A DNA stretch of 59,267 nt from Thermoanaerobaculia bacterium (GTDB lineage: Bacteria > Acidobacteriota > Thermoanaerobaculia > UBA5066): positions 1 to 59,267 of the forward strand of contig JBGPDK010000002.1 in assembly GCA_041482235.1 (NCBI GenBank), read 5' to 3'. The notes beneath the pieces are model-generated. The model made no database searches. It worked only from the letters and a program-made list of their open reading frames with translations, and was not told the origin of the DNA. How positions within the stretch are numbered: position 1 is the stretch's first letter; each line of letters starts with the position of its first letter. Shown here piece after piece: positions 7,563 to 16,554 of the stretch. Position numbers and translations under genes: made by a program.

Positions 7563-9677
7563 ATGTCACTGGCATCTCGTACGGTTCTCACATTCGTCGC
7601 TGGTCTCGTCGCGGTGCCCATGACACCGGTGACGCGCACCAGCCCCTCGACCGCGCCCGTCGCCCGCGAGGAGGTTCCCGTCGCGTATAACGCGACGCAG
7701 AAGGAGTTCTTCCTCGCGCCCGACCAGTTCTCGTTCCTGAGGCCCGGTCTGAACCTGAAGATCGCGTCGGTCACGAACTTCGGCCCCGGCCAGAAGCCGG
7801 TCGTCGAGTTCTTCATGACCGACGACCTCAAGCAGCCCCTCGATCGCACCGGCGGCCTCACGCCGGGCGTCGTCTCCCTCCGGTTCATCCCGGCCGTCTG
7901 GGACGCGACGAATAAGTACTACACGAACTACATCGGCTTCAACGCGGACCCCGCTAAGAACGCGAACCCGGGCCGTGACAACACGGGCGCCTACCAGGAG
8001 CTCGAGACCGGCCACTACAAGTACACGTTCGCGAACGCTCTCCCGGCCACGATGGACCCGTCCAAGCCGCATACGCTGGCCGCCATGGGCTCGCGCAACA
8101 CGACGGACTTCGTCGGGAAGCAGTACTACGCGGTCCCGCAGTACGTCGACTTCGTCCCGTCCACGAACGCGGCCGCGACGACGTGGAACGCCTCGACGCT
8201 CGCGAAGTGCAACTCTTGTCACGACCCGCTCGCGCTGCACGGCGGCAACTACCGCGACCTCAAGACGTGCGCGATGTGCCACAACCCGAACAACATGAGG
8301 GACACGATCCCCGCTTCCGGGGGCGAGCCGGCCGAGGACCGCGGCCGGTACAACGGCCAGATCTTCTGGCACCGCATCCACGCGGGGCTGGAAGAGGAGG
8401 TCGTTCCGGGCATGACGTACCCGCAGGACATCCGCAATTGCGAGACCTGCCACGACCCGGCAGCGGCCGGCGGCGCGAGCTGGTACACGAAGCCCTCGAG
8501 AGCGGCCTGCGGCTCGTGCCACAGCGACGTGAACTTCGTCACGGGCGCGAACCACTCGAACGTCGGCCCGGCGGCCGACGGCACCTGCGCCGACTGCCAC
8601 ACCCCGCAGGGCAGCGTCGAGTGGGACGCCGGCATCAAGAACGCCCACGTCGTTCCGCTCCACTCGGCCCAACTCAAGGGCTACACGGCCACGATCCTCT
8701 CGGTTTCGAACGCGGGCCCCGGCAAGAAGATCACCGTCACCTTCAAGCTCCAGAACGGCGACGGCTCCTTCGTCGACCCGGGCGTCTACAAGGTCGCCGC
8801 GAACGGTTCGATCAGCATCAAGCTCGGCGGACCGACGTCCGACTACACGAACGTCGGCATGCTCGCGGCGGGCCAGCCCTTCAGTGAAGCCGTCCAGACC
8901 GCGACGTACAACGCCACGACCGGTATCGCGACGTACACGTTCACGAACGCGATCCCGGCCGCGGCCAAGGGCACGTACACCGTCTCGATCGACACGCGCC
9001 GCTCGGTCACGCTCAATCCGGCCCCCACGAAGGGACCGACGTCGGTCAACGAAGGCGCCCCGAACCAGCCCTTCTCCTTTGCGGTCACGGGGACGACGGT
9101 CGTTCCGCGCCGCACGTCCGTCCTCCTCTCGAAGTGCAACGCCTGCCACCAGGACCTCAAGGTCCTCTTCTCGCACGGCAACCAGCGCATCACGATCGAG
9201 CACTGCGTCATCTGTCACAACCCGAACGGCAGCGACATCGGCCGCCGCGCCGCGGACGGCTCCCAGAACCCGCCCGAGTCCATCGAGTTCGCGCGCATGA
9301 TCCACCGCATCCACACGGGCGAGAATCTGACGCAGGACTACACGATCTTCGGCTTCGGCGGCACCCCCGCGAACTTCAACGACGTCAAGTACCCCGGCGA
9401 CCGCCGGAACTGCCTCGCCTGCCACGTGAACGCGGCTGCCGTCGCGCTTCCGCTCCCGATCACGAACCAGCCGGTCGTCACGGATCGCGACTTCTTCTCG
9501 CCGCGCGGCTCGGCGACCGCCGCCTGCACGGGCTGCCACGACAGCCGCGACGTCGCCGCACATGCGTTCCTCAACACGGCGTTCTTCCCGAAGGACCCGA
9601 CCGCACCCGCCGAGGCCTGCGGAACCTGCCACGGAGCCGGAGCCGAATTCGCCGTCGACAAGGTCCACGCCCGCTAA
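7563..9677 (+). CDS. decahaem c-type cytochrome, MtrC/OmcA-like
   Basis: 10 CXXCH sites (CNSCH, CAMCH, CETCH, CGSCH, CADCH, CNACH, CVICH, CLACH, CTGCH, CGTCH). They are arranged as a haem-free beta-rich region, 5 haems, a second haem-free region and 5 haems, which is the four-domain MtrC/OmcA layout. N-terminal hydrophobic signal and strong RBS. Confidence 0.8.
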   Translation: MSLASRTVLTFVAGLVAVPMTPVTRTSPSTAPVAREEVPVAYNATQKEFFLAPDQFSFLRPGLNLKIASVTNFGPGQKPVVEFFMTDDLKQPLDRTGGLTPGVVSLRFIPAVWDATNKYYTNYIGFNADPAKNANPGRDNTGAYQELETGHYKYTFANALPATMDPSKPHTLAAMGSRNTTDFVGKQYYAVPQYVDFVPSTNAAATTWNASTLAKCNSCHDPLALHGGNYRDLKTCAMCHNPNNMRDTIPASGGEPAEDRGRYNGQIFWHRIHAGLEEEVVPGMTYPQDIRNCETCHDPAAAGGASWYTKPSRAACGSCHSDVNFVTGANHSNVGPAADGTCADCHTPQGSVEWDAGIKNAHVVPLHSAQLKGYTATILSVSNAGPGKKITVTFKLQNGDGSFVDPGVYKVAANGSISIKLGGPTSDYTNVGMLAAGQPFSEAVQTATYNATTGIATYTFTNAIPAAAKGTYTVSIDTRRSVTLNPAPTKGPTSVNEGAPNQPFSFAVTGTTVVPRRTSVLLSKCNACHQDLKVLFSHGNQRITIEHCVICHNPNGSDIGRRAADGSQNPPESIEFARMIHRIHTGENLTQDYTIFGFGGTPANFNDVKYPGDRRNCLACHVNAAAVALPLPITNQPVVTDRDFFSPRGSATAACTGCHDSRDVAAHAFLNTAFFPKDPTAPAEACGTCHGAGAEFAVDKVHAR

Positions 9678-9688
9678 CGAGGCAAGGT

Positions 9689-10600
9689 GTGAAAAAGCTC
9701 TCGCTCGGGGCCCTCGCCGCCGCCGCCCTCGCCGTTCTCACGGCGGGGGCCGCGGTGGCCCAGGCTCCGGCTACCCCGGCTCCTGCGAAGGTGGAAGCCG
9801 GCCCCGCGTGCGCCGACTGCCACGACGAGGCCAAGATCTTCGCGGGCAACCCCCACACGCGCGGCTACCGCGCCGCCCACGGCGGAGCGGCCAGCGGCGC
9901 GGTCTGCGCCACGTGTCACGGCGACGGGACGAAGCACCTGGAGGCTGGAGGGGACAAGACCCTCATCAAGAGCCTTCACGGCCGTTCCGGCGCCGACGCG
10001 TGCGCGACCTGTCACAAGCAGTCCGCGGAGCGCTCGTCTTTCAAGACGGGCGTGCACGCGTCGTCCGAGGCGGTCAACTGCCTCTCCTGCCACTCGATCC
10101 ACAAGTCGAACGCGAAGCAGGCCAGCCTGCTCGTCTCCGAACCGACGACGCTGTGCGCAACCTGCCACCAGGACGCGGCTTCGTCCTTCCGGACGCTTCC
10201 GTACGCGCACAAGCTGAAAGAGGGCGCGCTCTCGTGCGTGTCCTGCCACGACCCGCACGGCCGCTCGGCCAGGCACGCGGTGAAGGAGACGAGGGCCGGC
10301 GAACCCGGCTGCGTCTCCTGCCACGCGGAGGTGCGCGGTCCCTTCGTCTTCCCACACGTCAGCGGTACCACCGGCGACTGCACGAGCTGCCACATTCCGC
10401 ATGGCTCCTCGTATCCCCACCAGCTGCAGCGGGCGACGATCGCCGCGCAGTGCCTCGAATGTCACTCGACGCTCTCGGCGGGGACTCTGGGTTCGCAGCC
10501 GCCTTCTTTCCACAATATCTCGCTGCCGCGCTACCGGAACTGCACGACCTGCCACGTCGCCGTGCACGGTTCCCAGCGCTCGCCGCAGCTCTTCAAGTAA
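9689..10600 (+). CDS. periplasmic decahaem c-type cytochrome, MtrA/DmsE family
   Basis: 303 aa with 10 CXXCH sites, a signal peptide (LAVLTAGAAVAQA), and the size and haem density typical of MtrA/DmsE. GTG start with GAGG 6 nt upstream. Confidence 0.85.
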   Translation: MKKLSLGALAAAALAVLTAGAAVAQAPATPAPAKVEAGPACADCHDEAKIFAGNPHTRGYRAAHGGAASGAVCATCHGDGTKHLEAGGDKTLIKSLHGRSGADACATCHKQSAERSSFKTGVHASSEAVNCLSCHSIHKSNAKQASLLVSEPTTLCATCHQDAASSFRTLPYAHKLKEGALSCVSCHDPHGRSARHAVKETRAGEPGCVSCHAEVRGPFVFPHVSGTTGDCTSCHIPHGSSYPHQLQRATIAAQCLECHSTLSAGTLGSQPPSFHNISLPRYRNCTTCHVAVHGSQRSPQLFK

Positions 10601-10609
10601 GGACGGCCG

Positions 10610-12550
10610 ATGCGAACATTCCGCTCCGCCTTCCTCGTCGCCGCTCTCGCCTCGACCCTCGGTTCGGCCGGCGTCGCCAGTGCCCAGGCGATTCCCTTCG
10701 ACATCGAGGTCGGGTACCGCTTCGTCAGCATCATCGGCAGCGAGGAGTCCTATCGCTCCCAGATCAACGAGCGCGAAGGATTTCTCGTGCGCAGCCTCCA
10801 CATCGGAGCCGACGGCCAGTCTGACGGTTTCCGAGCGATCGACCACCTGCGGATCGACGGCTCCGAGCTCGGAGTCGGCCCCGCCGGCTCCCTGCGTCTC
10901 GACGCGGGCCTCACCGGCGCCTACCGTCTGCGGTTCTCGTACCGGCACCTCGACCAGTTCAGCGCCCTCGCCGGTTTCGCGAATCCGCTCGGCGCCGCGA
11001 TCGGCCAGCAGACGTGGGACCGCACCCGGAACATGGTGGACGTCAACCTCGAGCTTTTGCCGGGGGCCGTCGTCACGCCTCTCGTCGGGTACACCTCGAA
11101 CCTCCTGAACGGTCCGGGCCGCTCGACATTCACCGTGGGCCAGGACGAGTTCCGCCTCGGCCAGGATCTCAAGGTCAATGACCAGGAGTTCCGCGTCGGC
11201 GCCGGCTTCCACGCGGGACCGGTATCCGGCGAATTCCTCCAGGGGTGGCGCCGATACCACGAGATCGAGAAGCTCAGCCTCTTCCCCGGCGCGGGCGCTG
11301 GCAACGATCCGGGCACGGTCCTCGACAAGAACGTGAGCCTCTCGACCCTGACGCGTTCGAGCGTGACCGACGTCAACAGCCCGACGAGTTCGCTGTTCCT
11401 GCGCGGCTTCGCGACCGACGCGGTCCAGCTCATCGGTTTCTACGTCCGCTCGAACGCGGGCGCGGACAGCACGGACCAGGAGAGTCTCAATGGCTCTCTC
11501 GTCTCGTTCGAGCTGTCCCGTTTCTTCACCGGCCTGATCGACAACTCCTCCTCGCGCGTTCAGAACACGGTCTGGCGCGCGGGCGCTCGCCTCGAATGGC
11601 ACGTCCTCGACGGCATCGACGTGACGGGCGGCTACGTGCGCCGCCATGCCTCATGGGACGGCCAGGACCTCGTGAGCAGCCTGTTCACGGGGACGTCGAC
11701 CTTCACGGGCTTCACGCTCGCGGACATCCAGACGATTCTCAACGCCCAGACCTCGGTCGACCGCGTCGAGGACGTGTTCGACGCTCAGGTTTCCGCGAAA
11801 GTCTTCGGGCCTTTTGGCGTCCGTGCGGGCTATTCGCGGATCCAGCAGGACCTCACGGTCACGCAGGACCCGTCGGAGATCATCATCCCCGGCGGCCAGG
11901 GGGGGGACTTCACCCGCGACATCAACCGCCTCGAGGGCGCCCTCACGTTTGCGTCCGGGTCCTTCTTCGCGGCCGGCGAAGCGTCGTGGGACGACGCGAA
12001 CCAGTCGATTCTCCGCACCGACTACCTCACCCGCAATCGCGAGCGCGTGCGCGTCACCTGGAAGGGATTCCCGTGGCTCACGCTCGGCGCGACCGGTCTG
12101 TGGGTCGACCAGAAGAACGACACGCTCGGCATCAACTCGAAGGGCAGCTCGCGGCAGTACACGGGCGATCTCACGCTCATGCCGGTCAAGGTGCTGAGGC
12201 TCCACGCGGGCTACGGCAAGCTGCAGGCCGACAATTCGATTCCGATCCGTGCACCGCAGGACTTCACGGTGCTCGCCTCCGTCAACAGGGAGGACGGCGA
12301 GCTGTGGGAGGCCGGAGTCGGCGTCACGCTCGACAAGAAGGTCGCGATCGACGGATTCTGGACGCGTTTCGCGAACGAGGGCTCCTACCAGTACCGGCTC
12401 TACCGCGGCGGCGCGCGCGTCGATTTCGACGCCACCGCTCACGTTGGACTCATCGGCGAATGGTCGGTCGACCGGTATCTCGACTTTCAGATCGCGACGT
12501 CCAGCTTCCGAGCCAACCGTTATGGCGTGTACCTCAAGTGGCACCCCTGA
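10610..12550 (+). CDS. outer-membrane beta-barrel protein, MtrB/PioB-like by context
   Basis: Signal peptide (ASTLGSAGVASAQA), 646 aa, and alternating hydrophobic/polar beta-strand pattern throughout with an aromatic-rich C-terminus (YGVYLKWHP). No haem sites and no cysteine. It immediately follows the MtrA-like gene. Confidence 0.6.
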   Translation: MRTFRSAFLVAALASTLGSAGVASAQAIPFDIEVGYRFVSIIGSEESYRSQINEREGFLVRSLHIGADGQSDGFRAIDHLRIDGSELGVGPAGSLRLDAGLTGAYRLRFSYRHLDQFSALAGFANPLGAAIGQQTWDRTRNMVDVNLELLPGAVVTPLVGYTSNLLNGPGRSTFTVGQDEFRLGQDLKVNDQEFRVGAGFHAGPVSGEFLQGWRRYHEIEKLSLFPGAGAGNDPGTVLDKNVSLSTLTRSSVTDVNSPTSSLFLRGFATDAVQLIGFYVRSNAGADSTDQESLNGSLVSFELSRFFTGLIDNSSSRVQNTVWRAGARLEWHVLDGIDVTGGYVRRHASWDGQDLVSSLFTGTSTFTGFTLADIQTILNAQTSVDRVEDVFDAQVSAKVFGPFGVRAGYSRIQQDLTVTQDPSEIIIPGGQGGDFTRDINRLEGALTFASGSFFAAGEASWDDANQSILRTDYLTRNRERVRVTWKGFPWLTLGATGLWVDQKNDTLGINSKGSSRQYTGDLTLMPVKVLRLHAGYGKLQADNSIPIRAPQDFTVLASVNREDGELWEAGVGVTLDKKVAIDGFWTRFANEGSYQYRLYRGGARVDFDATAHVGLIGEWSVDRYLDFQIATSSFRANRYGVYLKWHP

Positions 12551-12585
12551 ACCGGACGCAGAGTCGAAGAAGAAAGGGTCATGAC

Positions 12586-12915
12586 ATGAACAAGGTACGT
12601 CTTGGAGTCGTCTCGCTCGCCTCGGCCGTCGCGCTCGTCGCCGGTTCAGCTCTGGCGACCATGGACTCGCAGAAGCAGATGGGTGCGACCTATCCCAACG
12701 CCCCCAAGGCGAAGTGCGGCACCTGTCACACGAAGGCGATGCCCAAGAAGGGCGAGGCGGACGTCAACGCTTACGGCAAGGCTCTCGGGGCGACGAAAAA
12801 GGACACCACGTACGACTTCGCGAAGATCGAGAAGCTGGACAGCGACGGCGACGGCGTCTCGAACCTCGACGAGATCAAGAAAGGGACGAACCCGGGCGAT
12901 CCCGCGTCGAAGTAG
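12586..12915 (+). CDS. small secreted monohaem c-type cytochrome with a C-terminal EF-hand-like calcium loop
   Basis: Signal peptide, a single CGTCH, and DSDGDGVSNLDE, which matches the 12-residue EF-hand/TSP3-type loop pattern. Confidence 0.7.
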   Translation: MNKVRLGVVSLASAVALVAGSALATMDSQKQMGATYPNAPKAKCGTCHTKAMPKKGEADVNAYGKALGATKKDTTYDFAKIEKLDSDGDGVSNLDEIKKGTNPGDPASK

Positions 12916-12924
12916 GATCGGGGG

Positions 12925-14172
12925 ATGAGGTTCGGGGGCGTTCTCGCCGCGTTTCTGCTCACGGCCGCCCCCCTTCAGGCGGCGGCGCCGCCCCCGAAGC
13001 CTCCCGCCAACGAAGATTGTCTCGCCTGCCACGAAGACCCGTCCGCGAAACGCGCCAACGGGTCTCCCGTTCTCGTCGACAGGGCGGCCTTCGCCGCCTC
13101 CGTCCACGGAGCCGCCGGCGCGTCCTGCGTCGACTGCCACCAGGACCTCGCGAAAACTGCCGATTTTCCCCACCCCGAAAAGCTCGCTTCCGTGGACTGC
13201 GCGTCCTGTCACGCGTCGGAAGTCGCGGACTACGAGAAGAGCGTTCACGCCGCCGAACGCGGGAAATCGAAGGCCAGCAAGGCTGCGTGGTGCACGGACT
13301 GCCACGGCATCCACGACATCCGGCCGTCGAAGGACCCCGCGTCGCGCACGAACCACTTCAACCTTCCGACGACCTGCCTGAAATGCCACGGGAATCTCGC
13401 GGTCGTGCCGGGCGCTGGCGGACCTCCCGTGAATCAGCCGGCACTCTTCCACGACAGCATCCACGGCCGCGCGCTCGAGAAGAGCGGTCTGAAGTTCGCC
13501 CCGAATTGCTCGAATTGCCACGGGGCGCATGCGATCCGCAATCCGAAGACTGACGCCGAGAGCTCGGTCTACCGGACGAAGATCCCCGCGACCTGCGGCA
13601 ACTGTCACGAGAAGATCCTCGCGGAGTACAGCGACTCGATCCACGGGACCCAGCTTGCGAAGGGCAACCCGAAGGTGCCCGTCTGCTCCGACTGTCACAC
13701 GGCGCACGCCATCACGGCTGTCACCGATGTGCGCCGCCTCGCGATTCTCCACCAGTGCGGGGGCTGTCACGAGTCCTCGCTCGCGACCTATCGCGATACC
13801 TATCACGGCCAGGTGAACGCGATGGGCTTCTCCCGCATCGCGACCTGCGCCGACTGCCACACGGCGCACCAGATCCATCCGGCCGGCGACCCGCGGGCCT
13901 CGGTCGCGCCCGCGAATCGCCTGGGCACGTGCCAGAAATGTCATGCCGGGGCGACAGCGAACTTCTCCCGTTACGACCCGCACGCGAACACCCACGACAA
14001 GGGACGGAGCCGCCTGCTGTGGGCTACGGCCCTCTTCATGAAGATCCTCCTCGCCGGAGTCTTCGCGTTTTTCGGAATTCACACGGTTCTCTGGTTCCCC
14101 CGGTCTCTGAAGGCGCGCGCCGCCGAGGGCCGAGGCGGCCGCAGAGCGGGTAAGGGACACGGAGCGCCATGA
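12925..14172 (+). CDS. 11-haem c-type cytochrome with a C-terminal membrane anchor
   Basis: Signal peptide, 11 CXXCH sites and one C-terminal TM helix (LLWATALFMKILLAGVFAFFGIHTVLWF). ATGA overlap with the following b-type cytochrome gene. Confidence 0.8.
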   Translation: MRFGGVLAAFLLTAAPLQAAAPPPKPPANEDCLACHEDPSAKRANGSPVLVDRAAFAASVHGAAGASCVDCHQDLAKTADFPHPEKLASVDCASCHASEVADYEKSVHAAERGKSKASKAAWCTDCHGIHDIRPSKDPASRTNHFNLPTTCLKCHGNLAVVPGAGGPPVNQPALFHDSIHGRALEKSGLKFAPNCSNCHGAHAIRNPKTDAESSVYRTKIPATCGNCHEKILAEYSDSIHGTQLAKGNPKVPVCSDCHTAHAITAVTDVRRLAILHQCGGCHESSLATYRDTYHGQVNAMGFSRIATCADCHTAHQIHPAGDPRASVAPANRLGTCQKCHAGATANFSRYDPHANTHDKGRSRLLWATALFMKILLAGVFAFFGIHTVLWFPRSLKARAAEGRGGRRAGKGHGAP

Positions 14173-15011
14173 TGACGGAGAAGGCCCCCGCGGCGGACGG
14201 CAGAGTCTGGGTCCGGCGCTTCGACCGGTTCGACCGCTCGCTGCACATTCTCCTGATGGCGAGCTTTCTGGGTCTCTCGCTGACCGGCGTGCCGCTGCTG
14301 TTTTCGGACAGGCCCTGGGCCGCGGGCCTCTCGCGTCTCTTCGGCGGGTTCCGGGCGGCGGCGACTCTGCACCGCGTCTTCGCCGCCGGGATGCTGCTGT
14401 GCTTCGGAAGCCATCTCGCGCGCCTCGCGAAGCGGCTCTTCGGAGACAAGGAGTACGAGATTCTGTGGGGGCCGTCCTCCCTCGTTCCGCAGCCACGGGA
14501 CTTCATGGAGCTCGTGCACCACGTACGCTGGTTCCTCGGCCGGGGTGCGCGACCGCGTTTCGACCGCTTCACCTACTGGGAGAAATTCGATTACTGGGCC
14601 GTGTTCTGGGGCATGGGGATCATCGGGGGCTCCGGACTGATTCTCTGGGCCCCGAAGTTCTGGGCGCGCTTCCTGCCGGGGGACCTGTTCAACATCGCGC
14701 TCCTCATCCACGGCGAGGAGGCGCTTCTCGCGGTCGTTTTCATCTTCACGATTCACTTCTTCAACGGCCACCTGAGGCCCGAAAAGTTCCCGATGGACAC
14801 GGTCATCTTCACGGGCGTTCTGCCGCTCGAGGAGCTGAAGCACGAGCGGCCCTCCGAGTACGATCGGCTCGTGGCGGAGGGCGGCGTCGAGCGCCTCGCG
14901 TCTCCGGCGCCGACCGCCGATCGCGTCTTCAAGAGCCGGATCATCGGGACGATCGCGGTTTCCCTGGGCCTCCTCCTCGTTGCGTTTACACTCATCGCTC
15001 TGTTGAGCTGA
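14169..15011 (+). CDS. membrane b-type cytochrome (FdnI/HydC-like Ni/Fe-hydrogenase b-type cytochrome family)
   Basis: Four or five TM helices with conserved His residues ([52 protein letters not shown]). Coupled to the 11-haem gene. Confidence 0.7.
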   Translation: MMTEKAPAADGRVWVRRFDRFDRSLHILLMASFLGLSLTGVPLLFSDRPWAAGLSRLFGGFRAAATLHRVFAAGMLLCFGSHLARLAKRLFGDKEYEILWGPSSLVPQPRDFMELVHHVRWFLGRGARPRFDRFTYWEKFDYWAVFWGMGIIGGSGLILWAPKFWARFLPGDLFNIALLIHGEEALLAVVFIFTIHFFNGHLRPEKFPMDTVIFTGVLPLEELKHERPSEYDRLVAEGGVERLASPAPTADRVFKSRIIGTIAVSLGLLLVAFTLIALLS

Positions 15012-15033
15012 ACCGGCGTCGAGGAGGAGTCAC

Positions 15034-16488
15034 ATGAGCGCAGGAACCGGCGGCCGTCTGGCCGGGTGGCTGAGGCCGATCTTCTACCTGGGGCGCAACC
15101 GCGCCTCGCAGCTCGGCGTCGGACTCACGACGAGCGCCGCCGTCACGCTGATCGGCTTCTGGCTCTTCGAGGTCACGAACTCCAAACCCGTCCATCCGTA
15201 TTCGGGCATCCTGTTCATCCTCGTTCTCCCGTTCGTCTTCCTCATGGGACTCGTCCTCATCCCGATCGGGATTCTCTTCGAGCGCCGCCGGCTGCGCCGG
15301 GCGGGTCAACTTCCCACGGTTTACCCGAAAATCGACCTGGCCGATTCGAACCTCCGGCACGCGGGCATCCTCATCGCCGGCCTGACGGTGGCAAACGTCG
15401 TGATCCTGAGCCTCTCGGCCTACGTGGGCGTCGAGTACATGGACTCCGCGCGTTTCTGCGGGCTCACGTGCCACACGGTCATGGCGCCCGAGTTCACGGC
15501 ATACCTCGACTCGCCTCATTCGCGCGTCGCCTGCACGAGCTGTCACATCGGCCCGGGAGCCCCGTGGGTCGTGAAGGCGAAGGTGGACGGCGTGAGGCAG
15601 GTCATCGCGGTCACGTTCGGCACGTACGCGCGTCCGATCCCGTCTCCCGTGCACACGCTGCGTCCCGCCCGGGCGACCTGCGAACAGTGCCACTGGCCGC
15701 AGAAATTCCAGGGCGACAAGCTCAAGATCATCTCCAAGTTCGGCGACGACGAGAAGAACACGCCGACGAAAACGGTCCTCCTCCTGAAGCTGGGAGGTCG
15801 CATGGGGTCCCGGGCCACAGGGATCCACGGCCGGCACCTCGACGACAAGGAGCGGATCTCGTACCTCACCTCGAACCCGCGCCGCGAGGTCATTTCCTCG
15901 GTGACCTACCTCGGCGACGACGGAAAGCCGGTGGAGTTCGCGTCGACCGAGGTGAAGGCGACACGCGAGGAGGCACGCACGGGCGAGAGACGGACGATGG
16001 ACTGCATCGACTGCCACAACCGGCCCACGCACGCGTTCCAGCTCCCGGAACGCGCGGTGAACGAGGCCATGGCGGCCGACCGCATCAGCCCCGAGCTGCC
16101 GTTCATCCACAAGAAATCGATCGAGCTCCTGAAGATCGCCTATCCGACGCGCGAGGCCGCTTTCGAGCGATTGGAGAAGGACCTCACGGAGTTCTACAAG
16201 ACCAGGTATCCCGACGTGTACCAGACCCGCCGTGCGTCCGTCGAAACCGCGGCACGCGAGGTCCAGCGGATTTACGGGCGAAACGTGTGGCCCGAGATGA
16301 GGATCACCTGGGGAACGCACCCGAACCACATCGGCCACGAGGACTTCCTCGGGTGCTTTCGCTGCCACGACGGCAGCCACAAAGCGGCCGACGGGCGCGT
16401 CATCTCGGCCGAATGCGACGCCTGCCACGCCCTGCTCGCGCAGGACGAGACGAATCCGAAAGTGCTCGCGGATCTCGGCATCCGTTGA
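15034..16488 (+). CDS. membrane-anchored multihaem cytochrome, NapC/NirT-like
   Basis: Three N-terminal TM helices, then FCGLTCH (CX3CH) plus five CXXCH sites (CTSCH, CEQCH, CIDCH, CFRCH, CDACH). The [14 protein letters not shown] block is typical of this family. Confidence 0.75.
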   Translation: MSAGTGGRLAGWLRPIFYLGRNRASQLGVGLTTSAAVTLIGFWLFEVTNSKPVHPYSGILFILVLPFVFLMGLVLIPIGILFERRRLRRAGQLPTVYPKIDLADSNLRHAGILIAGLTVANVVILSLSAYVGVEYMDSARFCGLTCHTVMAPEFTAYLDSPHSRVACTSCHIGPGAPWVVKAKVDGVRQVIAVTFGTYARPIPSPVHTLRPARATCEQCHWPQKFQGDKLKIISKFGDDEKNTPTKTVLLLKLGGRMGSRATGIHGRHLDDKERISYLTSNPRREVISSVTYLGDDGKPVEFASTEVKATREEARTGERRTMDCIDCHNRPTHAFQLPERAVNEAMAADRISPELPFIHKKSIELLKIAYPTREAAFERLEKDLTEFYKTRYPDVYQTRRASVETAAREVQRIYGRNVWPEMRITWGTHPNHIGHEDFLGCFRCHDGSHKAADGRVISAECDACHALLAQDETNPKVLADLGIR

Positions 16489-16554
16489 CCGGTCCTCTTT
16501 GAAACAGGTGCATCATGGGAGAGGGAGGGGTCAAGACCCCACCCTGTAGGTACC

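Noticed and set aside
16523-16544. Hairpin GGGAGGGG-TCAAGA-CCCCACCC after the last cytochrome gene as an intrinsic terminator.
   Set aside because: The stem has one mismatch and is not followed by a T-tract. It cannot be distinguished from chance GC-rich complementarity.
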